Source of the DNA: Candidatus Micrarchaeota archaeon
GTDB taxonomy: Archaea > Micrarchaeota > Micrarchaeia > Anstonellales > Bilamarchaeaceae
DNA length: 15,429 nucleotides
Direction of reading: 5' to 3'
Assembly: GCA_038046765.1 (NCBI GenBank)
Contig: JBBSVN010000013.1
Location: 1 to 15,429, forward strand
Part shown: in pieces, positions 1 through 7,605 of the stretch
Numbering within the stretch: position 1 is the first letter of the stretch
How the letters are laid out: the number at the start of each line of letters is the position of its first letter
Program-made: the position numbers and the translations under genes
The notes under the pieces: model-generated
What the model was told of the DNA's origin: nothing
Databases searched by the model: none
Seen by the model: the letters and a program-made list of their open reading frames with translations, nothing else

Positions 1-34
1 CTCATAGCCAGCCTAAGAAAAGCATTAGGATTTA

Positions 35-52
35 AGTACTTTCGGAAGTACT
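35..52. promoter_or_regulatory. Inverted repeat AGTACTT-TCGG-AAGTACT (possible operator or 3' hairpin)
   Basis: Perfect 7-bp arms at 35-41 and 46-52. It lies just past the stop of ORF 66..455 and abuts a minus-strand TATA-like CTTAAAT (36-30), about 30 nt before a possible ATG at position 5. Confidence 0.35.
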
Positions 53-65
53 GAATTTATCCAAA

Positions 66-455
66 TTAGTTCTTTTGTTCAGATCCTTTACTATCTTTCT
101 CTTTAGTTTCCTTATGTTTATCTTTTAATGGTGGGAAACACTTTGGTGAAAGAACTTTTTTACCTAGTAAAAGAAGGTCTAATTCTTTCTTGAGCAACTT
201 CGGATCTACTTGCTTTCCTTTTGCATATATATACTTGGCTAAATTATCCCTTTGAATTTCTAGTATTCTTTTTGTGTCTCCAACTTCTACATGTGAAAAT
301 TTCGCAGGAGCATCGGGATTACCTTCTAACGCATGGTATATCACTGCAAGTTCAAGCTGGTTGATGTCAAAAAAAGATACATCTGATCTTGGTTTCATTG
401 ATGTTTTTGTTTTTCCGTTTTCTTGTTCATTACTTACTTCTAAAAAGGGAGACAT
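66..455 (-). CDS. Hypothetical protein (129 aa, charged C-terminal tail)
   Basis: Clean ORF with AAACATTTATAAA (BRE/TATA-like) starting about 30 nt upstream of the ATG, consistent with a leaderless transcript. No family recognised. Confidence 0.7.
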   Translation of the reverse strand: MSPFLEVSNEQENGKTKTSMKPRSDVSFFDINQLELAVIYHALEGNPDAPAKFSHVEVGDTKRILEIQRDNLAKYIYAKGKQVDPKLLKKELDLLLLGKKVLSPKCFPPLKDKHKETKEKDSKGSEQKN

Positions 456-477
456 GCAACAAATAACTATCTAATCA

Positions 478-490
478 TTTATAAATGTTT
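478..490 (-). promoter_or_regulatory. Archaeal-type BRE/TATA promoter for ORF 66..455
   Basis: Minus strand reads AAACATTTATAAA. TTTATAAA at 485-478 is spaced as expected for a start site near the ATG at 455. Confidence 0.55.
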
Positions 491-515
491 TTTTCTGATT
501 TTTTTTAATTTTATG

Positions 516-530
516 CAAACCTTTATAAAA
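516..530 (+). promoter_or_regulatory. Archaeal-type BRE/TATA promoter for carB
   Basis: CAAACCTTTATAAAA, divergent from the promoter at 478-490. It would give a leader of roughly 60-65 nt. Confidence 0.5.
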
Positions 531-615
531 TTAGGAAGCGAATTAATATTCTAGTTCTTAGAATTGCTTAAAATTCATTTCAAATTAATTAATGCCAAGT
601 TATTAGGTCATAATT

Positions 616-3600
616 ATGATTAAAAAAGCATTAGTAATAGGTTCTGGACCAATAGTCATTGGTCAGGCAGCAGAATTTGATTACGCCGGAACACAAGCTT
701 GCAGGGCACTACGTGAAGAAGGAGTAGACGTAGTCTTAGTTAACTCTAATCCCGCTACAATTCAAACTGATTTAGATGTTGCTAATAAAGTTTATCTGGA
801 GCCGCTAACATGCGAAGTCCTGGAAAAAATAATTGAAAAAGAAAAACCAGAAGGAATTCTTGCAACAGTCGGTGGTCAGACTGGTTTGAATTTAGCAGTT
901 GAATTATTTGAAAAAGGTATTTTGAAAAAATATAATGTTGCATTTATGGGAACAAATGCGGAATCTATTAATAAGGCAGAAGACCGTGAAAAATTTAATG
1001 AAACAATGCGCAAAGTAAATGTTCCTATTCTACCTGGTTTAACTGTTTCTAACTATGAAGATGCATATTCTTTTGCAGATAAAATCGGGTATCCGGTAAT
1101 CGTTCGTCCTTCATTTACCTTAGGTGGTAGTGGTAGTGGTATTGCCAAAGATAAAGAAGAATTAAAAAATATACTCGAACTAGCCTTTAGATTAAGCACA
1201 ATTCATCAGGCTTTAATTGAAAAAAGTGTAGTGGGTTGGGGCGAATTTGAATACGAAGTGATTCGGGACAGTTTTGGCAATAAAGCAATAATTTGTACTA
1301 TGGAAAATTTTGATCCGATGGGGGTACATACTGGCGAAAGTATTGTTGTTGCGCCAGCGCAAACTTTAAGTAACCAAGATCATCAGATGCTTCGAGATGC
1401 TGCGCTGCGAATTGTAGAAGAGATTGGTGTTCAAGGAGGTTGTAATGTTCAATTCGCATTTAATCAGGAAACTGGAGAATATACTGTAATTGAAGTAAAT
1501 CCAAGGTTATCACGAAGTTCAGCTCTTGCCTCAAAGGCAACTGGATATCCTATTGCGCGTGTTGCAGCAAAAATCGCACTAGGTCAAAAACTTTACGAGA
1601 TAAAAAATTCCATAACTAAAACGAGTGCTGCATTTGAACCTGCACTTGATTATGTAGTTGTAAAAATTCCAAGATGGCCATTTGATAAGTTTTCAAAAAG
1701 CGATAGAAAAATCGGAACCCAAATGAAAAGCACTGGAGAAGTAATGTCAATTGGGCGAACTTTTGAAGAAGCAATTCTTAAGGCAATAAGAAGTTTGGAA
1801 GTAAAAATTCCAGTTATACACAATCCAGACCAGCACCTTATGCCGCCTACTGATTTGCGTTTGTTCGCGATTTTAGAAAAATTAAGAAATGGAACAAAAA
1901 TTAAGGAAATTTTTGATCTTACTAAAATTAATACTTGGTTTTTAAATAAACTTTTAAACATCGTAAAATTAGAATACAAAATAAAATCGCACGTTCTTTC
2001 CCGGGAGTTGTTGCTCGAAGCTAAAAAGTTTGGCCTTAGCGATGCTTATATCTCACACCTTAAACTTACTAATGAAAATGAAATCCGAAAAATTAGAAAA
2101 AATTATAGTATATTTCCTACTTATAAAATAGTTGATAGTTGCGCTGGCGAGTTTGACGCGTTTACTCCTTATTACTATTCTACTTACGAAATGGAAAATG
2201 AGGCAAAACCGCTTGAGGGTAAGAAAGTAGTAATTTTAGGATCTGGTCCGATTCGAATTGGGCAAGGAATTGAGTTTGATTATTGTTGCAGTCACGCTTC
2301 ATTTGCACTAAAAGAATTAGGAATTAAAAGTATTGTAATAAACAATAATCCTGAAACTGTTAGTACTGATTTTGATTCTAGCGATCGTCTTTATTTTGAG
2401 CCGCTTACTATGGAAGAAGTTTTGAACGTTATTGAAAATGAAAAACCTTTTGGTGTAATTGTCCAGTTAGGCGGCCAGACTAGTATTAATCTAGCCTCTA
2501 AATTAGCTGAACATGGAGTAAATATTTTAGGAACAGATATTGACGGGATAGATTTAGCTGAAGACCGGGAAAGATTTAGTGCCTTACTTAGAAAACTAGA
2601 AATTCCACAGCCAATAAATGGAGTCGCTACAAATGAAAGCGAAGCTTTGGCTGTTGCAAATAAGATTACTTATCCTATTGTTGTTCGTCCAAGTTATGTG
2701 ATTGCAGGGCGTGCTATGGAAATTGTTTATTCGGACTTGGAAATGAAGAGATACATAAATGAAGCGGTCGAAGTTAGTGAGAAAAAACCCGTATTAATTG
2801 ACAAATATCTAGACAATGCGATCGAATGCGAAATCGATGCTGTATGCGATGGAAAAGATCTTTTTATAGGAGCAATTATGGAACATATTGAGTTTGCCGG
2901 AGTTCATAGTGGGGATGCAAATATTGTAATCCCACCAGTTCAACTTAGTGAAAATGCTAAGAATACTATTACTGAATACAGCAAAAAAATTGCAATTTCG
3001 CTTAAGACACTTGGACTAATTAACATCCAATATGCAGTTCGAAATGATGTTGTTTATGTTTTAGAAGCTAACCCAAGAGCTAGTAGAACTAATCCATTTG
3101 TTAGTAAATCAATCGGAGTTCCAATCGTAAAAGTCGCGACCAAAGTTATTTTGGGTGAAAAATTATCTAATCTTAATGTACATTCCAAGCAAAAATCTTT
3201 TGCAGTAAAAGGTGTAGTTTTTCCATTTTTAAAACTAGTTGGAAGCGACAGCGTCCTTGGTCCCGAGATGCGAAGCACAGGGGAAACAATGGGGCTAGGA
3301 AAAACTTTTGAAATGGCTTATTATAAAGCGCTCTTATCTGCGGGAGTCAAACTTAAAACTGATTTGGGCGGAAAAGTTCTAATTAGTTTACGTGATGAGG
3401 ACAAAAAAGAAACAAGTAAGCTTGCGAAAATTCTTAGTGAACTAGGCTATGAAATTTACGGTACAGAAGGTACAGTACAAGGTATATCTGGCGCAAATGT
3501 TATTCCTAAAATAGGTAATGGTAAACCAGATATTCTAGATTTAATAAATGAAAAGAAAGTTGACCTTGTGATAAATACTCCTAGAAAAGGAGGTGTTTCA

Positions 3601-3756
3601 ACTTCTGATGGATTTAAAATCAGGCGCGCAAGCATTGAAAAGGGAATTCCCTGCATTACGAATATACGAACTGCTTTTGAATTATTAAAGGCGCTAAAGG
3701 AAGTTAAAAATAAGGAACTTGAAGTTAAAGAAATAAGGGAATATTGGGGAGGTTAA
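616..3756 (+). CDS. carB: Carbamoyl-phosphate synthase large subunit
   Basis: N-terminal IGSGPIVIGQAAEFDYAGTQAC, NSNPATIQTD, GVHTGES and EVNPRLSRSSALASKATGYPIA. The duplicated second ATP-grasp half has LGSGPIRIGQGIEFDYCC, GVHSGD and EANPRASRT. A C-terminal MGS-like domain contains DLVINTP...DGFKIRR. 1046 aa. Confidence 0.98.
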   Translation: MIKKALVIGSGPIVIGQAAEFDYAGTQACRALREEGVDVVLVNSNPATIQTDLDVANKVYLEPLTCEVLEKIIEKEKPEGILATVGGQTGLNLAVELFEKGILKKYNVAFMGTNAESINKAEDREKFNETMRKVNVPILPGLTVSNYEDAYSFADKIGYPVIVRPSFTLGGSGSGIAKDKEELKNILELAFRLSTIHQALIEKSVVGWGEFEYEVIRDSFGNKAIICTMENFDPMGVHTGESIVVAPAQTLSNQDHQMLRDAALRIVEEIGVQGGCNVQFAFNQETGEYTVIEVNPRLSRSSALASKATGYPIARVAAKIALGQKLYEIKNSITKTSAAFEPALDYVVVKIPRWPFDKFSKSDRKIGTQMKSTGEVMSIGRTFEEAILKAIRSLEVKIPVIHNPDQHLMPPTDLRLFAILEKLRNGTKIKEIFDLTKINTWFLNKLLNIVKLEYKIKSHVLSRELLLEAKKFGLSDAYISHLKLTNENEIRKIRKNYSIFPTYKIVDSCAGEFDAFTPYYYSTYEMENEAKPLEGKKVVILGSGPIRIGQGIEFDYCCSHASFALKELGIKSIVINNNPETVSTDFDSSDRLYFEPLTMEEVLNVIENEKPFGVIVQLGGQTSINLASKLAEHGVNILGTDIDGIDLAEDRERFSALLRKLEIPQPINGVATNESEALAVANKITYPIVVRPSYVIAGRAMEIVYSDLEMKRYINEAVEVSEKKPVLIDKYLDNAIECEIDAVCDGKDLFIGAIMEHIEFAGVHSGDANIVIPPVQLSENAKNTITEYSKKIAISLKTLGLINIQYAVRNDVVYVLEANPRASRTNPFVSKSIGVPIVKVATKVILGEKLSNLNVHSKQKSFAVKGVVFPFLKLVGSDSVLGPEMRSTGETMGLGKTFEMAYYKALLSAGVKLKTDLGGKVLISLRDEDKKETSKLAKILSELGYEIYGTEGTVQGISGANVIPKIGNGKPDILDLINEKKVDLVINTPRKGGVSTSDGFKIRRASIEKGIPCITNIRTAFELLKALKEVKNKELEVKEIREYWGG

Positions 3757-3799
3757 ACGATCTAGGGAATACTATTTAAACGCGAGTTTCAACAAAATT

Positions 3800-3820
3800 C
3801 GTTACGGAACCGTTACGGAA
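3800..3820 (+). repeat. 10-bp direct repeat CGTTACGGAA x2
   Basis: Copies at 3800-3809 and 3811-3820, in the convergent gap between carB and ORF 3822..4367. Confidence 0.7.
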
Positions 3821-3821
3821 A

Positions 3822-4367
3822 CTATTCTCTATCTACAATCTCAGTTTTTGCTTGATCTAAGTATCCTATGTCTTCAAGAGCCTCTGCAGCTTTTTTTCTT
3901 GTTTTTCTTATTCCATTACTCATTTCATGTAGTCCTGAAGTTATTGATTTTCGTCTATTTGCAAATAGCATTATTCCTACACCCATTAGAACTCCTAATC
4001 CACCTGCTTGAAGAGCTAAATTATGTTCAATATCCCAAAAATTTTGGACTAAATTTACAAAATAACTATATGCAGTTACACCTACGCTTGATGTAAGTAT
4101 GGCCGCACCTAATCCTCTTTCAAAAGTAATTACTTGTGGATCCATATCTTTTCTTTTAAGTTCAAATCTACTTAAGTGCATTTCACTTCTTATTTTATTC
4201 TCTTCTTGTTGATATTCAAAAATATTCCTTCCCAAATCCGCTTTTCTTAGTACTATCCCATCAAGTACTGGCGAATATATTTCTCTATTAATGTCCCTAC
4301 GTATATCTCGAAGTTGAGTGGACTGAGCATTAGAAATTTGAGCAGGATGGTTTAGTTTTCTGATCAT
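3822..4367 (-). CDS. Hypothetical membrane protein (2 predicted TM helices)
   Basis: 181-aa ORF with hydrophobic segments GLGAAILTSSVGVTAYSYFVNLV and LALQAGGLGVLMGVGIMLFA. GGTG RBS at 4376-4373 and AAAGGTTTATATA promoter-like element at about 4411-4399. Confidence 0.75.
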   Translation of the reverse strand: MIRKLNHPAQISNAQSTQLRDIRRDINREIYSPVLDGIVLRKADLGRNIFEYQQEENKIRSEMHLSRFELKRKDMDPQVITFERGLGAAILTSSVGVTAYSYFVNLVQNFWDIEHNLALQAGGLGVLMGVGIMLFANRRKSITSGLHEMSNGIRKTRKKAAEALEDIGYLDQAKTEIVDRE

Positions 4368-4465
4368 TTAGACACCGTTAATAGATACACAGTTCTAATA
4401 TATAAACCTTTACTTTTTACCACATTTTTCACTCGCAGGTCTGGGATTGACAACTTACGCACTTA

Positions 4466-4840
4466 TTAAACTCCTGAAGTATGTACTGCCTCGATTTCTA
4501 TAAGCATTTTATTTTTACCCACCCGTGAAACTAAAACGTGCTCATTTCCACTTAAATGCATGTCTCGCTCTAAATCATTTGGAATTCTTAGAATAGTTCC
4601 TCCAGTACTCTTTGAAAGTTTTCTGTGAAGTTTTAATGGTTGTCCCCAAACACCCATACGCCTCGCAACTTCGATTGTTTTTTGACCTTGTTCCTCTGGA
4701 ATAAACTCTTCTTTACAATTTGTGCATCGCTCTCCCTTTTCGATAAATATGAAACCTTCTAATTCCGTAACTATATCATCAACAGAAGCCAGAACTCCCT
4801 TTTCACAGATCGGGCATGATTTTGTAGTATCAGTTTTCAT
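4466..4840 (-). CDS. YgiT/MqsA-type zinc-ribbon protein with C-terminal AbrB/MazE-like DNA-binding domain; putative antitoxin
   Basis: CPICEKG...RCTNCKEEF (2x CxxC) followed by LHRKLSKSTGGTILRIPNDLERDMHL...VLVSRVGKNKMLIEI, which matches the AbrB swapped-hairpin pattern. AGGTGA RBS lies inside the upstream gene, with an ATGA overlap at 4840-4837. Confidence 0.75.
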   Translation of the reverse strand: MKTDTTKSCPICEKGVLASVDDIVTELEGFIFIEKGERCTNCKEEFIPEEQGQKTIEVARRMGVWGQPLKLHRKLSKSTGGTILRIPNDLERDMHLSGNEHVLVSRVGKNKMLIEIEAVHTSGV

Positions 4841-5028
4841 TTAATATCACCTTCCGAACCGCTTATTATAAAAACGGTTTCAAATTCCAAATAATAAACA
4901 AATATGATTTTCTTTCCACCATCTTTTCTTATATATGATTCATATTTATTTTTTCCGATTTTCTCTGTTTTGTATGTTTCTATAAGTGCACTACGTAGTT
5001 GATTATAATCCCAGTCCCACTTACGCAT
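4837..5028 (-). CDS. DUF4258/RelE-superfamily-like small protein, putative toxin (N-terminus apparently extends to ~5068 but is frameshifted)
   Basis: Small basic ORF translationally coupled to the Zn-ribbon gene. The frame continues upstream of the annotated Met as KLDISKHFRDKY-MRKW, resembling the 'S/T-x-H...M' start of DUF4258-like toxins. Family assignment is by eye. Confidence 0.55.
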   Translation of the reverse strand: MRKWDWDYNQLRSALIETYKTEKIGKNKYESYIRKDGGKKIIFVYYLEFETVFIISGSEGDIK

Positions 5029-5096
5029 GTACTTATCACGAAAGTGTTTACTAATGTCAAGTTTACATGTGGGAAAGTCTGATATGAAAAACTATA

Positions 5097-5127
5097 CTTA
5101 AAAAGGTTGTGATTTTGGAGAAAATCA
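5097..5127 (-). promoter_or_regulatory. TA operon promoter (TATA-like TTTTTAAG at 5104-5097) with adjacent palindrome TGATTTT-GGAG-AAAATCA (5110-5127)
   Basis: Minus strand reads ACAACCTTTTTAAG. A perfect 7-bp inverted repeat lies immediately upstream of it. Confidence 0.45.
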
Positions 5128-5191
5128 AGGATATTCGGGTCTTATCAGAAATGAGTTTTGTATTGTAAATTTTGTGTTTTCCGATTTTGGT

Positions 5192-6367
5192 TTAGGATTG
5201 TTTTCTTAGCTCGTATTTTTTTACCAATTTATATATGGTATCATAATTCACATCTAATCTTTTTGCTATGGCTGGTATGCTCAAATCTTCATTCAAAAGC
5301 TTTTGCACAATTTCAATTCTACATTCGTCTATTATTTTATTAGGATCATAACGCTTATTAAGTAAAAATTCATAGATCTGATTAAGTGGAAAATTCATCA
5401 AATTTGATAGACGCTGTGCAAAACCTCTTGGTTTGAATTTAGGCCTTAGATTAAATGGATCAAGTTTCAATACTGCTCGTTTAATACTATCTAAATTTAA
5501 AGTTCTATCTTCTGATACCATCTGTCCTATTTGAACTGGGACAGTTGAGGTCGCAGGCATTTTACCAGTAAAAACATAATTATTTACATCAATAACTCCA
5601 CCTTCAGAAAAAACAGCGGCTCGCTCAACAAAATGTTTCAAGTCCCGAACGTTTCCGTTAAATCTTTGGGATATTGACCCAAGTTTTTCCAGAGCATTAT
5701 CTGAAAAAATCAATCCTTTTCCATATTCTTCACTTAAAAGCTCTAAAAAATGACTAACTAAGAGCGGAATGTCTTCTACTCTCTGCCATAATTGTGGCAT
5801 GTCTATTGTTAATCCAGTTAATCTTGAATAAAGGTCTCCCCTAAATTTACCACTTGCTATCTCCATTCTAAGATCTTTATTTGTAGCTGCAACTAAACGA
5901 AATTCTATTTTTTGAAATCGATCACTGCCAAGAGCTCGGATTTGTTTGTACTCCAGAGCTCTTAATAAAGCAGACTGAACATGCATTGGCATATCTCCAA
6001 TTTCATCTAAAAAAAGTGTTCCATTTTCAGCACACAAAATAGCTCCGCGCCTATCATTATACGCTCCTGTAAAAGCACCTTTGACATGACCAAATAATTC
6101 GCTTTGAAGAAGTTCGCCATTTGGAGTCGCAGCGCAATTTAGAGGAACTAAATCTCCTTTTCTACCGCTTTCTTTATGTAGTGCTTGAGCTACTAACTCT
6201 TTACCCGTGCCGCTTTCTCCAGTTATTAAAATAGGAAGTTTTGCTGGTGCAGCTCGTTCAATAATTAGTCTAATCTCTTCAATTTTTGGACTCTTTCCAA
6301 CAATTCCAAAGCGTCTATGCTCCAGAGGAATAGAAGAAGGTCTACCAATAACAATTGCTGCAACCAT
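5192..6367 (-). CDS. Sigma54-interacting (NtrC/PspF-family) AAA+ transcriptional regulator with C-terminal HTH and no sensor domain
   Basis: Walker A GESGTGKE, LNCAA, ELFGHVKGAFTGA, Walker B LFLDEIGDM, RLVAATNKDL, FRGDLYSRL and GNVRDLKHFVERA. C-terminal HTH SIPAIAKRLDVNYDTIYKLVKKY. Start is ATG at 6367 (or TTG at 6376), with TTTATATA at 6405-6398. Confidence 0.93.
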   Translation of the reverse strand: MVAAIVIGRPSSIPLEHRRFGIVGKSPKIEEIRLIIERAAPAKLPILITGESGTGKELVAQALHKESGRKGDLVPLNCAATPNGELLQSELFGHVKGAFTGAYNDRRGAILCAENGTLFLDEIGDMPMHVQSALLRALEYKQIRALGSDRFQKIEFRLVAATNKDLRMEIASGKFRGDLYSRLTGLTIDMPQLWQRVEDIPLLVSHFLELLSEEYGKGLIFSDNALEKLGSISQRFNGNVRDLKHFVERAAVFSEGGVIDVNNYVFTGKMPATSTVPVQIGQMVSEDRTLNLDSIKRAVLKLDPFNLRPKFKPRGFAQRLSNLMNFPLNQIYEFLLNKRYDPNKIIDECRIEIVQKLLNEDLSIPAIAKRLDVNYDTIYKLVKKYELRKQS

Positions 6368-6416
6368 ATTTATCAAATATTATATTGTTACAAAAAGTAT
6401 ATAAATAGTTAATAAA

Positions 6417-6548
6417 TTAGATGTAAAGTATTTTGTCTATGTTTTTGCTTAGATCATGTTCGCCAGAAGAAAATGAGATCTTATCGTAAGTATCGAAGAT
6501 ACTTTTGTACTTCTTTTTGCTTTTTTTCTTTGTTTTACTTTTTGTCAT
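6417..6548 (-). CDS. Small basic protein (43 aa), antitoxin-like C-terminus
   Basis: ATG at 6548, 2 nt after the CorA-like stop, with a GGAG RBS. Sequence MTKSKTKKKSKKKYKSIFDTYDKISFSSGEHDLSKNIDKILYI. The longer 6650 start in the ORF track overlaps the CorA-like gene and is unlikely. Confidence 0.55.
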   Translation of the reverse strand: MTKSKTKKKSKKKYKSIFDTYDKISFSSGEHDLSKNIDKILYI

Positions 6549-6550
6549 AA

Positions 6551-7603
6551 TTACTCCGGTCTCTCGGGTAACAGTCCCGCTCTTTTTACAATTACATACG
6601 CAAGAACTGTTGAAATAATTGTCGAAGCGACTAATAAAATTATATACCAATTAGCATCTTTTGGACCTAGATTAAAAATAGTTCCGCTAAGCGCTGTTGC
6701 AAGCGTATTTGGAACTAAAACCGCAGTTCCAACAATCGTTAAATATGCCATCAGTAATGCAATCCTATTGTTAAGTATCTGCAATTGGTTGTTGTATATA
6801 CTTTGTAAAACTTCAAACCCGCTAGATAAAACTGCGCTTAAATGTTCTGCTAAACTTATCTGATGTGAAACTGAATCGACAACATTTCCAAATTTTCCAA
6901 GGATAACCTCATCATCAGTAAATAATTTTGCATCTCCATACTTAAATGAATTAAGGACATCTACGGTAATCCACAAGCCAGATAAATAAGAAATTAATGC
7001 ATGTTTCATCTTATGTATCTCTTTGCTGATTTGTGTTCTTGAAAATTTAGGGTCTGCTAGTTTGCTACTTATAGAATCGGAATGTTCTTGTATCTCCTTA
7101 AGATAATCGAAATTTCGGTCATTATTTTCATCAATTAGACGAATAAACAATAATGATAAGTTGTCTTCTGCTTTATGTTTTGGGTTTAATTTGCCAAGCA
7201 TAACTTTTCCATACCTTCTTAATCTGACAAACCTCTGGACTTCTTTGGAATGTATTGTCAAAACTAGATTTTCTTTAACTAGGATATAAAGAGAATTTAA
7301 TTTAACAATAAATCCAGACACAGTTATAGATGGAATTATTATTGCTAATTCGGAATCAAAATCTTCGTATCTTGGTTTATCATTTGAGAATACCTTTAAA
7401 AGAAAATCCTTACTAAATCCAAGTTCAGGCGAAATTTTGTTTGCTGTTTTTTCAATTTCATCAGTTACAATATCTACCCATGAAATAAAGTTGGTTTTGA
7501 CCATATCAGGAATTCCATTCGTTTCTGTTGCAGCGAGCGAAGTGGTTTTCCCATTTTTGGACAAAGATACGCAGTAGATATTCTGATTGTTTGTGTTTTC
7601 CAT
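6551..7603 (-). CDS. CorA-family divalent cation transporter, atypical (no GMN motif)
   Basis: 350 aa. The soluble alpha/beta domain (SWVDI...PRYEDFD...ENLVLTIHS) and long stalk helices are followed by NNQLQILNNRI and two C-terminal TM helices, which is CorA architecture. TM1 ends VPNTLATALSG instead of YGMN. Confidence 0.85.
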   Translation of the reverse strand: MENTNNQNIYCVSLSKNGKTTSLAATETNGIPDMVKTNFISWVDIVTDEIEKTANKISPELGFSKDFLLKVFSNDKPRYEDFDSELAIIIPSITVSGFIVKLNSLYILVKENLVLTIHSKEVQRFVRLRRYGKVMLGKLNPKHKAEDNLSLLFIRLIDENNDRNFDYLKEIQEHSDSISSKLADPKFSRTQISKEIHKMKHALISYLSGLWITVDVLNSFKYGDAKLFTDDEVILGKFGNVVDSVSHQISLAEHLSAVLSSGFEVLQSIYNNQLQILNNRIALLMAYLTIVGTAVLVPNTLATALSGTIFNLGPKDANWYIILLVASTIISTVLAYVIVKRAGLLPERPE

Positions 7604-7605
7604 GT

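Noticed and set aside
1..36. Possible minus-strand gene starting at ATG position 5
   Set aside because: Only 5 nt are in the window, so it cannot be supported as a CDS.
1650..3656. Minus-strand ORFs 1650..1979, 3054..3278 and 3456..3656
   Set aside because: Antisense shadows of carB with no motifs or expression signals.
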